DNA of 64,000 nt from Thermoanaerobaculia bacterium (GCA_963816185.1 CAWFJJ010000024.1:288001-352000), one strand, 5' to 3'. Positions 49,205-58,673 are shown, numbered from the stretch's first letter. Numbers and translations: made by a program. The notes: generated by a model not told the origin, from the letters alone.

Positions 49205-50308
49205 TCAGCGGCTCTTTGCCGCTTGAGGTTTCAGTCGATAGATCCGGGCATCCTTTACCGCCGTGCGCGGCTCGTGGGCTTTCAGCATCGATCGATCAAA
49301 GCTCGTCTTGTCTCGAAGCATCGCGTAAAGAACCCGACAGAGACGATGCGCCACGGCGGTGACAGCGCGGCGTGTCCCCAGGCGCAACGTGAGAGTTCTC
49401 AGAAACGGATTCAGTGGGCTGCTTTGCCGCCTGGCCGTGTGAGCCGCCTGCACGAGCATGGCCCGCAGCTCGGGCGAACCCGTCCTGGTGATGTGGCCCT
49501 GGCGGTTCGTTTCGCCCGACTGGTAGGTTTGCGGGACGAGCCCCGCGTAGCTCGCCGCATGCTTGGCGGTCGGAAAGCGCGTGGCGTCTGAGAAGACAGC
49601 GATTGCCGTCAGCGCCACGATCTCCCCGACTCCTGGAACGGTTTTGAGTCTCTCGAGGTCTTCGCCGAAGGCGGCGTGCTGGCTTTCGAGGCTCTTCTCG
49701 CACGCGTTCTTCTGCTCGAGGGCAGTCTGCCAGGCGCGGTGGTGAAGCTCGACGTAGCTCCTTACCTGCGGATGTGGAACCAGGGCCCCAAGAAGGCGCT
49801 GCCACGCGCGAAGGGTCCCGAGATGCTGGCGGCTGAGCTCGGAGAGCCCCGCGCTCCGGAGCATCTTTTTCGCCGCGTTGATCTGCGCCGTCCCGAGACG
49901 CACGAAATGGCGGCGCCTCGAGAGGGTATTTCTAAGGTGCTCGATCTTCTCCGGCGGCACATGCACGATCGACCGGTAGATTCCACGCCGCAGGCCTTCG
50001 CACAGTTCAACGGCGTCTCTCGTGTCGCTTTTCTGCCGGGGCCGATGGGCTTTGATCCTGACCTCTCGCGCATCCACCACGACGGGTGAAAGCCCCAGCT
50101 CACTGAGCTTTCGCGCCGCAAAAAACGCCATCGTCCCCGATTCGAGAGCCACCAGCGTCGAGGCGCGAAGCTTGAAACGTAGCCGCAACGAGGAAAACCC
50201 TTCCACAGAGGTCGGCACCTCGCCTCGTCCCAGCTCCTCTCCCCGCTCGTTCTGAATCATGAAAACGCTCGACTTGCTGTGAACGTCCAGTCCCACATAA
50301 GATTTCAT
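49205..50308 (-). CDS. IS110-family DEDD recombinase B
   Basis: YVGLDVH, ALESG, KSDTRDA, VPGVG, YAGLVP..YQSG; GGGAGG RBS. Confidence 0.93.
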   Translation of the reverse strand: MKSYVGLDVHSKSSVFMIQNERGEELGRGEVPTSVEGFSSLRLRFKLRASTLVALESGTMAFFAARKLSELGLSPVVVDAREVRIKAHRPRQKSDTRDAVELCEGLRRGIYRSIVHVPPEKIEHLRNTLSRRRHFVRLGTAQINAAKKMLRSAGLSELSRQHLGTLRAWQRLLGALVPHPQVRSYVELHHRAWQTALEQKNACEKSLESQHAAFGEDLERLKTVPGVGEIVALTAIAVFSDATRFPTAKHAASYAGLVPQTYQSGETNRQGHITRTGSPELRAMLVQAAHTARRQSSPLNPFLRTLTLRLGTRRAVTAVAHRLCRVLYAMLRDKTSFDRSMLKAHEPRTAVKDARIYRLKPQAAKSR

Positions 50309-50470
50309 CGGGCTGTCCTCCCTTGCTTGGGGCACCTCCTCGGAGGTTGACCCCGTTAAACTTGTGGCCCGATTCTTCGGTGACCACGTCGGCGAGGACA
50401 GCCCTTTTCTCGTCTTCATTGAAACGATATCGTTAGACGCCGGAAGGTAAAGCAGAGCTAGAATCTCCTC

Positions 50471-50692
50471 ATGTCGCTCGAACTGACCGCCGTCTTTCAG
50501 CAGGTGCCTGAAGGCTTCATCGCCTTTATCGAGGAGCTTCCGGGTGCGAACTCGCAGGGAGCCACGCTCGAGGAGGCCCGTTCAAACCTGCACGAGGCGG
50601 TAACGCTGGTTCTCGAGGCTAATCGCGCCCTCAGCGAGCAGGCGCTCGCGAACGCCTCGGTCATTAGGGAGCGTTTCAAGATCTCGGCGTGA
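50471..50692 (+). CDS. hicB: Cassette 2: HicB-family antitoxin (short, no DNA-binding domain)
   Basis: ELPGANSQGATLEEARSNLHEA. Confidence 0.88.
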   Translation: MSLELTAVFQQVPEGFIAFIEELPGANSQGATLEEARSNLHEAVTLVLEANRALSEQALANASVIRERFKISA

Positions 50693-50880
50693 AGCGCGCC
50701 GAGCTCATTCGTCACCTCGAACGCCATGGCTGCCAGCTCCTTCGCGAAGGCGGCTCGCATACCGTGTACGTCAATCGGCCCGAGCGCAAGGTATCTACCA
50801 TTCCCCGGCATCGCGAGCTCAACGAATTCCTTGCCGTCAAGATCTGCAAGGACCTCGGCGTCCCGAAGCCCGGCGTCTAA
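50689..50880 (+). CDS. hicA: Cassette 2: HicA-family mRNA interferase
   Basis: LLREGGSH..IPRH..ICKDLG; stop codon lies within GTCTAAC of attC2. Confidence 0.9.
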   Translation: MKRAELIRHLERHGCQLLREGGSHTVYVNRPERKVSTIPRHRELNEFLAVKICKDLGVPKPGV

Positions 50881-50918
50881 CAACGCGCTGCAGCGGACTC
50901 GTCGTCAGTCGCTGCGCT
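50875..50918 (+). other. attC2, left arm only (truncated)
   Basis: GTCTAACAACGCGCTGCAGCGGACTCG is nearly identical to the attC1 left arm; no GCTGAGC..GTTRRRY follows. Confidence 0.75.
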
Positions 50919-50975
50919 TAACTCGCTGCAATCTCTCTCCCAGGATCGCTCAAACCCAGATGGAGGTCGAAGACC

Positions 50976-53009
50976 ATGAGCCGGACCCATCGAGCGTTGA
51001 ACAATTGGATTGTGTTGGCTACGGTAATGGTGGTGGCAAGATACAGCAATACGTCGCAGGCTGCACCGCCAGTGGTGCCGGAGAGGGCATTACGCATCCA
51101 TGGCCCGTTCACAGTGGGCGCTGCGGACCTGAATCCGGCGAACGGTGGCGCTCCGACCAGCCCCAATGCCCCGAGGCCGTCGGGCGGCGGCACGCATCAC
51201 CATCCCGACGACGGGACCGGAGAGCCTCCCGGTCCTCAGACCCCTCCGGCGACGTCCGCGTTCGTCGATGTCGCGGGGTTGGGGGGCATCGACCCCGGGA
51301 TTGCGGCGGGTGACCGCTACGTCCTCGTCTGCGACAACGCGACCGGGCTGGCCTTCTACGACAAGACCGGGAAGCTGCTGGGTCCGAAGTCTCCCGGCTC
51401 CCCGTTTGCAAATCCCTTCTCGGTGTTCTCGCTGTTCTCTCAAGTAAAGGCGGACATCGACCCGCAGTTGAACTATCCCCCGGGTCTCCCACCCGGCTTC
51501 AACGTCGCCCACGGCAATGGCATCAGCGCCTATGGCGACGTCCGGGTGATGTTCGATCCATATCGCAAGCGGTTCTGGATCTACGCCATGGCGAAGAACG
51601 AGATCCCCACCGACTCGCCAAGTGTCATCAAGTTCCCGGCCATCAAGATGGCTCGGCGGGACAAGGCGGCCGTCGCGGTCTCGCTCACGGAGGACCCCCG
51701 GGACGGCTTCCTCACCTACTGGTGGAACAATACGGTTCACAACGGCGAGTCCAACGTGCCAGCGGGCGGCCCCGATCCGGTGTTCAAGACCTCGGGCGAG
51801 GGCGCCGACTATCCGAGCCTCGGGATCTCGCCCAAGTATTTCCTGGCGACGATCGGGGTGAACCGGAGGGATCCCACCTTCCAGACCAAAACGGACAAGC
51901 AGGTTAAAGCCTGGCTAGCCTGCCAGACCACATTCGTGGCGGACGGCCAGACCTTCGACTATTGCGGCCCGTTCTACATCCACATGATGGTAGTCGACGC
52001 CGAAGCCCTGGTCGGCGCATGCAAGGGCGGCAAGCCGGGCAAGCCATGCGCAGACGGGCGGTCGTTCGGGCTGTTCGTGAACGCCCGGAATTTCGTGACG
52101 GATCGGACCGACAGCGGGGACTTCTACACGAACATGGCGAGGGGCGTGAAGCCCGTCGTCATGCACGGTCTGCCGCCGACCGACCACGCAACAGACGCCT
52201 ATTTCGCGAACAACTTCATTGAGAGGGGCGGCGACCCGGCAACGAAGGCCAAGCTCGCGGACCTCAAGGCGAAGGTCAAGGATCTCCAGCGCCAGATTGC
52301 CGATGCCCCGCCCGCCCGGGCGGCCGACCTCTCGGCAAAGATCCTGGAGAAGGACGTCGAGATCCTCAAGCTGGAGAAGGAGCTCGGGCCGAAGTACTAC
52401 GTGGTCCTGTGGTCCCTCGAGGGAAACAGCCTGACCCCGGCCGCGTATCCGATCCGGCCTTTTGCGATCGACGGGTACAACGACTGGAAATTCGTCCTGA
52501 ACGCCTGCTTCAGGAAAGGGAACCTGTATGCCGCGTTCCAGGACTGCTTCCATGATCCCGATGGGAATTGTCTGCAGGCGATCCGAGCCATCCGCGTCAA
52601 CACCCTGAGCGGCAAGACGGAGGTCGACCGCACCTTCGGGCTGAACAATCCGATCGATGACAAGCCCACCGACCGCTTCTCCTACGAATTCCCTGCGATC
52701 GAGGCGAACAAGCACGGGGATATGGTGCTCGTCTACGCCCGCTCGTCCGCGACCCTCAAGAGGTCCCAGGAGGTACGTTTCAGCGTGTGGTACCACAATG
52801 AGTCGGATATCCGCCCCAGCCGGCTTCTCCATGCCGGCGAGGCGCCCTATTCGGCAACCGAATTCGGGAGAGGTACCGATACGGCAGGGATCAGCGTCGA
52901 CCCATCCGATGACGAGTCGATCTGGATTGCGCAGATCTTCGCGGCCAAGGAGGGGTCGGGGAATGGAACGAATCGGATCGCGTTCGGCAAGGTCTTCGGG
53001 ATGCCGTAA
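50976..53009 (+). CDS. Secreted hypothetical protein (probable beta-propeller) with coiled-coil insert
   Basis: GGAGG RBS; 677-aa ORF with coding-like GC3; DPGIAAG, FDPYRKRFW, DYPSLG. Confidence 0.75.
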   Translation: MSRTHRALNNWIVLATVMVVARYSNTSQAAPPVVPERALRIHGPFTVGAADLNPANGGAPTSPNAPRPSGGGTHHHPDDGTGEPPGPQTPPATSAFVDVAGLGGIDPGIAAGDRYVLVCDNATGLAFYDKTGKLLGPKSPGSPFANPFSVFSLFSQVKADIDPQLNYPPGLPPGFNVAHGNGISAYGDVRVMFDPYRKRFWIYAMAKNEIPTDSPSVIKFPAIKMARRDKAAVAVSLTEDPRDGFLTYWWNNTVHNGESNVPAGGPDPVFKTSGEGADYPSLGISPKYFLATIGVNRRDPTFQTKTDKQVKAWLACQTTFVADGQTFDYCGPFYIHMMVVDAEALVGACKGGKPGKPCADGRSFGLFVNARNFVTDRTDSGDFYTNMARGVKPVVMHGLPPTDHATDAYFANNFIERGGDPATKAKLADLKAKVKDLQRQIADAPPARAADLSAKILEKDVEILKLEKELGPKYYVVLWSLEGNSLTPAAYPIRPFAIDGYNDWKFVLNACFRKGNLYAAFQDCFHDPDGNCLQAIRAIRVNTLSGKTEVDRTFGLNNPIDDKPTDRFSYEFPAIEANKHGDMVLVYARSSATLKRSQEVRFSVWYHNESDIRPSRLLHAGEAPYSATEFGRGTDTAGISVDPSDDESIWIAQIFAAKEGSGNGTNRIAFGKVFGMP

Positions 53010-53061
53010 TGAATGTGTCCCATGCGGAACCCGCCAAGCGGCGGACTCCGCCGAGGCCGTC

Positions 53062-53940
53062 GTGACACGCGCACGTGTGCAACCCGTCCTGGTGACGGGA
53101 GCCACCGGCCGAGTCGGGCGCGCGGTGGTCGCCGAACTGCTGGGCATGGGCGTGCCGGTGCGCGCGCTCACGCGCCGACCGGCGACGGCAGGGCTGCCGG
53201 CGACCGTCGAGGTCGTGGCGGGCGACCTCACCGTGCCCGACTCGCTCGACTCGGTGCTGCAGGGCGTAGGTGCGGTCTTCCTCCTCTGGACCGCGCCGCC
53301 GGGCACCGCTCCTGCCGTCGTCGAGCGTCTCGCGTCGCACACGCGGCGCGTCGTCTTTCTCTCCTCGCCGCACCAGACACCGCACCCGTTCTTCCAGCAG
53401 CCGAACCCCATGGCTCGCTTCCACGCCGAAGTCGAGCGCCTGATCGCGGCCGCCGGACTCCAGTCGACGTTCATCCGGCCCGGGATGTTCGCATCGAACG
53501 CGCAGTTCTGGTGGGGGTCCGCGATCCGTGACGGCGACGTCGTCCGGTGGCCCTACGGCGCGGCCGAGACGGCACCGATCGACGAGCGCGACATCGCGGC
53601 CGTGGCGGCGCGCGCCCTGTTTGGGGACGGGCACACGGGCGGCGATTACGTCCTCACGGGCCCCGAGTCGCTGAGCCAGGCGGAGCAGGTGAGCGTGATC
53701 GGGGCCGCCCTCGGGCGCCGGATCCGGTTCGAGGAACTATCGCCCGAAGAGTTCCGGCGTGAGACGGCGGGTCGCTGGCCGGGTCCGGTCGTGGACATGC
53801 TGCTCGCCGCGTGGGGTGCGACGATCGGACGCCCGGCGTTCGTGACTTCCACCGTGTCCGACGTCGTCGGATCGCCGCCGCGGACTTTTCGCCAGTGGGT
53901 CGCCGATCACGCCGACGCGTTTCGGGGCCCCAGACCATGA
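53062..53940 (+). CDS. NmrA-like NAD(P)H-binding protein
   Basis: VLVTGATGRVG, IRPGMFASN, IDERDIAAVA, LTGPESLS. Confidence 0.88.
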   Translation: MTRARVQPVLVTGATGRVGRAVVAELLGMGVPVRALTRRPATAGLPATVEVVAGDLTVPDSLDSVLQGVGAVFLLWTAPPGTAPAVVERLASHTRRVVFLSSPHQTPHPFFQQPNPMARFHAEVERLIAAAGLQSTFIRPGMFASNAQFWWGSAIRDGDVVRWPYGAAETAPIDERDIAAVAARALFGDGHTGGDYVLTGPESLSQAEQVSVIGAALGRRIRFEELSPEEFRRETAGRWPGPVVDMLLAAWGATIGRPAFVTSTVSDVVGSPPRTFRQWVADHADAFRGPRP

Positions 53941-53956
53941 CTCCCGGCTTGCGGGG

Positions 53957-54934
53957 ATGAACCGCATGAAGGCAATCGTCCGTCACGGCTACGGCCCACC
54001 GGACGTCCTCCGGTGCGAGGACGTCGAGAAGCCGGGCGCCGGGAACGACGAAGTCCTGATCCGGGTTCGCGCGGCCTCTCTCAATCCGCTCGACTGGCAT
54101 TACATGAGGGGCTCGCCGTACATCGTTCGCGCCATGACAGGACTGCGCGAACCAAAGGTCCCACGCCTCGGGGCGGACCTCGCCGGTCAGGTCGAGGCGG
54201 TCGGCAGGAGCGTGACGCGGTTCAAGCCGGGCGACGAGGTTTACGGCGCGGGCGCGGGCGCCTTCGCCGAGTACGCGTGTGCCCGCGAGAACAGAGTCGC
54301 GCCGAAACCCTCCAACCTCTCGTTCGAGCAGGCGGCGGCCGTGCCGGTGGCGGGGTGCACCGCCCTCCAGGCCCTTCGGGAAAAGGGGCGGATTCAGCCG
54401 GGGCAGAAGGTCTTGGTCAACGGCGCGGCGGGAGGCGTGGGGACGTTCGCCGTGCAGATCGCCGGGTCCTTCGGCGCGGACGTGACCGGAGTGTGCAGCA
54501 CGAGAAACGCCGACATGGTCCGATCCATCGGCGCGGGCCATGTCGTCGATTACACCCGCGAGGATTTCACCGAGGGCGACCGGCCATACGACCTGATTCT
54601 CGATTGCATGGGGAACCACCCCTTCTCGGCCTTGAGGCGCGCCATGAGTCCGGCGGGGATCTACGTCGTGGTCGGGGGGTCCGACACCGGATGGATGGGC
54701 GGCCTGGCCCTCGATCTCCTGAGGACCGCGCGGTCCCGGTTTATGAACCGGAAGTTCGTCGTGATGCTGGCGCGGGTCGACGGCGCGAGTCTCGCCGTTC
54801 TGACCGAGCTGATCGAGGCGAAGAAGGTCACACCCGTCATCGACAGGTCCTACGCGTTGAGCGAAGTCCCCGAAGGTATACGCTATCTGGAAGAGGGGCA
54901 CGCCCGGGGGAAAGTCGTCATCACCGTGACGTGA
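53957..54934 (+). CDS. MDR-family oxidoreductase (quinone reductase/alcohol dehydrogenase-like)
   Basis: ASLNPLDW, VNGAAGGVG, GHARGKVVI. Confidence 0.9.
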   Translation: MNRMKAIVRHGYGPPDVLRCEDVEKPGAGNDEVLIRVRAASLNPLDWHYMRGSPYIVRAMTGLREPKVPRLGADLAGQVEAVGRSVTRFKPGDEVYGAGAGAFAEYACARENRVAPKPSNLSFEQAAAVPVAGCTALQALREKGRIQPGQKVLVNGAAGGVGTFAVQIAGSFGADVTGVCSTRNADMVRSIGAGHVVDYTREDFTEGDRPYDLILDCMGNHPFSALRRAMSPAGIYVVVGGSDTGWMGGLALDLLRTARSRFMNRKFVVMLARVDGASLAVLTELIEAKKVTPVIDRSYALSEVPEGIRYLEEGHARGKVVITVT

Positions 54935-55055
54935 TCGGCAACCAAGGTTTCGCCGGGTTCGGCGCCCGTCTTGCTCGGTACGGGGAGCATCTGCTGGGCG
55001 GAATCGATCTCCGTGCGCTGGGCTATGCTGACCGGCAACGCTTCGGAGGGAATCG

Positions 55056-55442
55056 ATGCCACCGACACGCAAGAACGGCAAGATCTGCTATCTCGAGATT
55101 CCCGCGTTCGACGTTCATCGCTCGATCGACTTCTACCGAACGGTCTTCGGCTGGAAGATCAGGCAGCGCACGGACGGCCGCACGGCCTTCGACGACGCCG
55201 TCGGCGAAGTCAGCGGCACGTGGGTGACCGGCCGGCCACCCTCCCGGGAACCGGGTCTGCTTCTCTACGTCATGGTCGACAGCGTCGAAGCGACCGCCGA
55301 AGCGGTCATCGCGAACGGGGGCGAGATCGTGCAGCCGATCGGTGCGGACGCACCCGAGGTCACGGCCCGGTTTCGTGATCCTGCAGGCAACGTCATCGGT
55401 CTGTACCAGGAACCCGGCAAGTCGGCGTCGGAGGCACCGTGA
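55056..55442 (+). CDS. VOC/glyoxalase family protein
   Basis: ICYLEIPA..FYRTVFGW..FRDPAGNVIGL. Confidence 0.88.
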   Translation: MPPTRKNGKICYLEIPAFDVHRSIDFYRTVFGWKIRQRTDGRTAFDDAVGEVSGTWVTGRPPSREPGLLLYVMVDSVEATAEAVIANGGEIVQPIGADAPEVTARFRDPAGNVIGLYQEPGKSASEAP

Positions 55443-55786
55443 TCGTTCCGGCCGTGTTGGTTCATTGCGGCTTCGGTCTGCTCCTGACGGTGTTCTCGCT
55501 GCCTCTCGTGTTTCGTCTCGTCCCCATGAACCGCGCCTACGGCATCCGGATACCGGAGGCCTTCGGCTCCGACGCCCGCTGGTACGACATCAATGCTTAT
55601 GGTGGCCGCCTCTTCTTCGTCTACGGTGTCCTTTTGACAAGTCTCGGTTTCCTCGCCCGCGACCTCGCGCCCGCCAAGACCAGCCTCTGGTCCCCCGTCT
55701 TCATCGTCGGGCCGCTCCTCGTGGCGCTTGCCCTTCTCCCTCCCATCCGTTCTTACGCCCGCCGTCGCGTTCAGCAGGGGCCTTGA
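55439..55786 (+). CDS. SdpI/YhfL-like membrane protein
   Basis: PMNRAYGIRIP..WYDINAYGGR; three TM segments. Confidence 0.75.
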   Translation: MIVPAVLVHCGFGLLLTVFSLPLVFRLVPMNRAYGIRIPEAFGSDARWYDINAYGGRLFFVYGVLLTSLGFLARDLAPAKTSLWSPVFIVGPLLVALALLPPIRSYARRRVQQGP

Positions 55787-55802
55787 TACCGACTCCCTTC
55801 GG

Positions 55803-56396
55803 ATGAACGTCGCCTTCGGAATGAAAGCCCATTCGGGCTGGGCGGCCCTGATCGTCGTCGGAAAACGTGGCGGCGACGTCGCCGTGGTCGACCGGCGCCG
55901 CATCGAACTCGTGGACGAGGGGTGGGCCAGGCAGCCATATCACGCGGCCGAGAGCCTGAAGCCGGACGCGGCGCGGGATCTCGTGACGCGCGGCGTCGAG
56001 GCGGCGCACCGGATCGCAGTCAGGGAGATGCAGGCGGCCGTGAAGCGGGAGCGGGATCGCGGCAACGAGGTCAGGGCCTGCGCCGTGCTCGTCGTCGATC
56101 CCATGCCCGATTGGAGCGTCGAGGAGATCCTCGCTGTGCATTTCCGGATGCACAAAGCCGAAGGCGTCCTGTTTCGCGGGGCGCTGGCCGGCGCCGCCGA
56201 GGCGTGCAGGCTGACGTTGGTCGCGATCCCGGAGAAGCTCCTGATGAAGCATGCCGAGAAGGCGCTCGGGACTCCCGCGAGCGGCCTCGCGAAGAACCTC
56301 GCCGCGCTCGGCAAGGCCGTGGGCCCTCCCTGGGGGAAAGATCAGAAGGACGCCGCGCTTGCCGCCCTGGTCGCGCTACGGGGCCGCTCGAGATAA
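55803..56396 (+). CDS. Conserved hypothetical protein
   Basis: AHSGWAA, QPYHAAE, GPPWGKDQK; co-oriented with the cluster. Confidence 0.7.
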   Translation: MNVAFGMKAHSGWAALIVVGKRGGDVAVVDRRRIELVDEGWARQPYHAAESLKPDAARDLVTRGVEAAHRIAVREMQAAVKRERDRGNEVRACAVLVVDPMPDWSVEEILAVHFRMHKAEGVLFRGALAGAAEACRLTLVAIPEKLLMKHAEKALGTPASGLAKNLAALGKAVGPPWGKDQKDAALAALVALRGRSR

Positions 56397-56423
56397 CGGA
56401 ATTCGTCGCGGCGAAGCCCGCGT

Positions 56424-58152
56424 CTACCGCGTGCCCGGCTTGTCGCCGATGAGGACGTGAGGCTGGACGTAGCTCGTCAGCCGCGAGACCTCGTCCGTGA
56501 GCGCTGTGGAGAAGACCTGCGCGCCGGCGCGCACCTTGAGCGTCGCGACGTAGGTGAAGATCTTGCCGGCGATGGCGCCGAGCTCGGACTCTGGGATGTC
56601 GAGCGGCGCACGCTCGGTCATGACTTTCGAGACCTTGCCGTTGGGCGTCGCGGTGACCGCCGTGAAGAGGACAGCGCCCCTCGCTCGGCCGCCCTTCGGC
56701 ACGAGCGTGAGCTTGTCGAACGGGATCTTGAACTCGAGGGGTACGAGCCACAGCTTTCCCGACTTCTTCGGGGTCCCGATCTGGAGCGAGGCGCGGAGCG
56801 GGTTGACGACGTGCGGGATGTGGGCTCCCGAGAGCACCGCATCGGCGACCTTCTGCTCCGGCGTCCTCTCGATGACGTCCCGCCGCGTTCTCACGCGCGC
56901 GCCGGGCCGATCGACGGTGACCCTGAGCGACCTCGGCGCTCCGGGCTTCGTGTCGGGACTCTCGTAGCCGAGCGAGTAATACGCCGTCCAGTCCGCCTCG
57001 AGCCCTTTCAACGCGACCGCGAGATTGTTGCGGCCCTGAATCGTCGCCCCTCCGGTCTCCTCGGCGAGGAAGCCCATCGCGGTCTGCATGTCGAGCGAGC
57101 CGATGCCGCTGTCGATCCTTCCGCTGAAGCCTCCATTGGTTTCCGGGGAGAGCGAATCGTCGAATCCGAGGCCTGCCGCGTCGATCGTGACGATCGAGAC
57201 GCCGGCGACGTTCGCTGAGGACGCGATGTCCTTGAGCGCCTCGCTGCGATCCCACTGCGTCCAGACGAGATCGTTGACCGGCCCGCCCGCCATGGCGGAT
57301 CCGGGTGACCTCCTGCCGCTCGAACCCGCGTTTTGCATTCCATACTGGAGATAGTCGAAGAGGTCGCGCGCCGGGTGAGGGGTCAGGCGCTCGGTCACGA
57401 AAAAGAGCACCTTGCGACCTTCTACGCCTGCCAGGGAGGAAAGGGCGACGCGCACGGCTTCGGCCGTGGAGTCGAGATCCGCGGCTTGCGCGTCGGCCCA
57501 CGCCTTCACGGAAGTGATGGCCGAGTCGAGGAGCACCTGCTGGGTCCGCGGATCGGCGGAAAAGGCCTGATCGATCTCTCGAATCAGGAGGGTGCGCTCG
57601 CGGACAGGAACGCTGCCGAGCGTGGCTTCCTTCCCGAGCTCGGTCAGCATCGTACCGAGGAGGGGCACCTCGTTGATGAACGGCCCCCGGATGCGCAGCG
57701 ACCGGTCCCACGTCACGAGCTGGACTTCCACGTTCGGCCCGACCACGGTCGAGAGGTACTCCTTCAGGCTCGATCAGCGCACGATTCCGGTTGATCGAGG
57801 TGAGGTGGAGCTCGTCGAGAAAGACGATCAGGTGCGCGCGGGCGGCGGCGGGCGGGGCCGCCTCGACCGGCACGATCGTCGGTTCAGGCGTCTGCCCGTG
57901 CTCGAGCACCGGCGGAGGTGGAGGAAGAGGGTTGCGCACGAACGAGAAGTTCGTGATCGGCTGGACCTTTCCGTCCTGCCGAATCTCGAAGTCCGCCGCG
58001 GTGAGATCCGTAATGGGCTTTCCCGACGAGTCCGTCACGACGACGTCGACGTTCGTCACCGAGACGCTCACCGAACGCGAGACCGAGCCCGTCTGCGCGG
58101 CAAGAGGAAGTGCGAGGGCGATGGCGCCCGCGCAGGAAAAGGCTGATCTCAT
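56424..58152 (-). pseudogene. VWFA-related (Acidobacterial type) domain protein with one frameshift
   Basis: VDVVVTD..PITDL..DF; GRKVLFF; LAEETGG; YYSLGY; frame change near 57772. Confidence 0.8.
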
Positions 58153-58162
58153 CTCCGCGAGG

Positions 58163-58615
58163 CTACCAGACGAGGCGGGCTCCCAGGCGAAGCTGGTAGG
58201 GCCGCCCGGACGCGTCGAGGGGCAGGAAGCTGCCCGCGGCGCGGGGGCGCGTTTCTCCGAGACCCTGGCTCGCGTCGGGCGGGATGGCCTTGAGGTGGAT
58301 CTCGTTCACCTCGATCGCGGCCTTCAGGTGCACCTGCCCCTCGGGCGTGGGATCGCCGAGCGTGAACAGCGAATCGGGATCGCCTGGCTCGTGAAGCAGG
58401 CGCTTCTCCTCGGGCAGCCCCGAGAGGTCGAGGACGGGGAGAGGAAGGAGCGTGAGGGAGAAGAGGCGGAATCGCTCGACGAGAGGCGGGCGCGGCGAAG
58501 GGGCTGGCGCATCTGGCGCGTTCGGGGGCGTCGACGGCGGCGTTGACGGCTCGGCCCCACCGGCCGCTGCCGCCGGGATCAGAGCGAAGACGAGGACCCA
58601 CGCGCGCCTCGACAT
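58163..58615 (-). CDS. Secreted hypothetical protein
   Basis: Signal-like N-terminus; ends YQLRLGARLVW. Confidence 0.55.
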   Translation of the reverse strand: MSRRAWVLVFALIPAAAAGGAEPSTPPSTPPNAPDAPAPSPRPPLVERFRLFSLTLLPLPVLDLSGLPEEKRLLHEPGDPDSLFTLGDPTPEGQVHLKAAIEVNEIHLKAIPPDASQGLGETRPRAAGSFLPLDASGRPYQLRLGARLVW

Positions 58616-58673
58616 GTCCCGATCGCAAATTATCCGCCCGATTCCGCCGGGCGGCTGGAATTTCGAGGGACCC

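Larger units (their letters stand above)
48988..50426 (-). mobile_element. IS110-family (IS1111 group) element B, inserted in attC1
   Basis: Subterminal IR ATGAAGA/TCTTCAT, 3 and 7 nt from the ends; removal restores the L'-R' arm of attC1. Confidence 0.87.
47385..50438 (+). other. attC1, split into three pieces (47385-47409, 48965-48987, 50427-50438) by two IS1111-type elements
   Basis: Rejoined 60-mer: GCCTAAC AACGC GCTGCAGC GGACTCGCTACGCTCGCC GCTGAGC TTGATATC GTTAGAC, with R''/L''/L'/R' boxes and the extra base in L''. Confidence 0.88.

Noticed and set aside
50976-56396. Downstream co-oriented accessory genes as further integron cassettes
   Set aside because: No RYYYAAC/GTTRRRY-bounded attC sites were found between them.
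57760-57790. Programmed frameshift in the VWFA gene
   Set aside because: No slippery heptamer or stimulatory structure; a single-base indel, like others in the window, is simpler.
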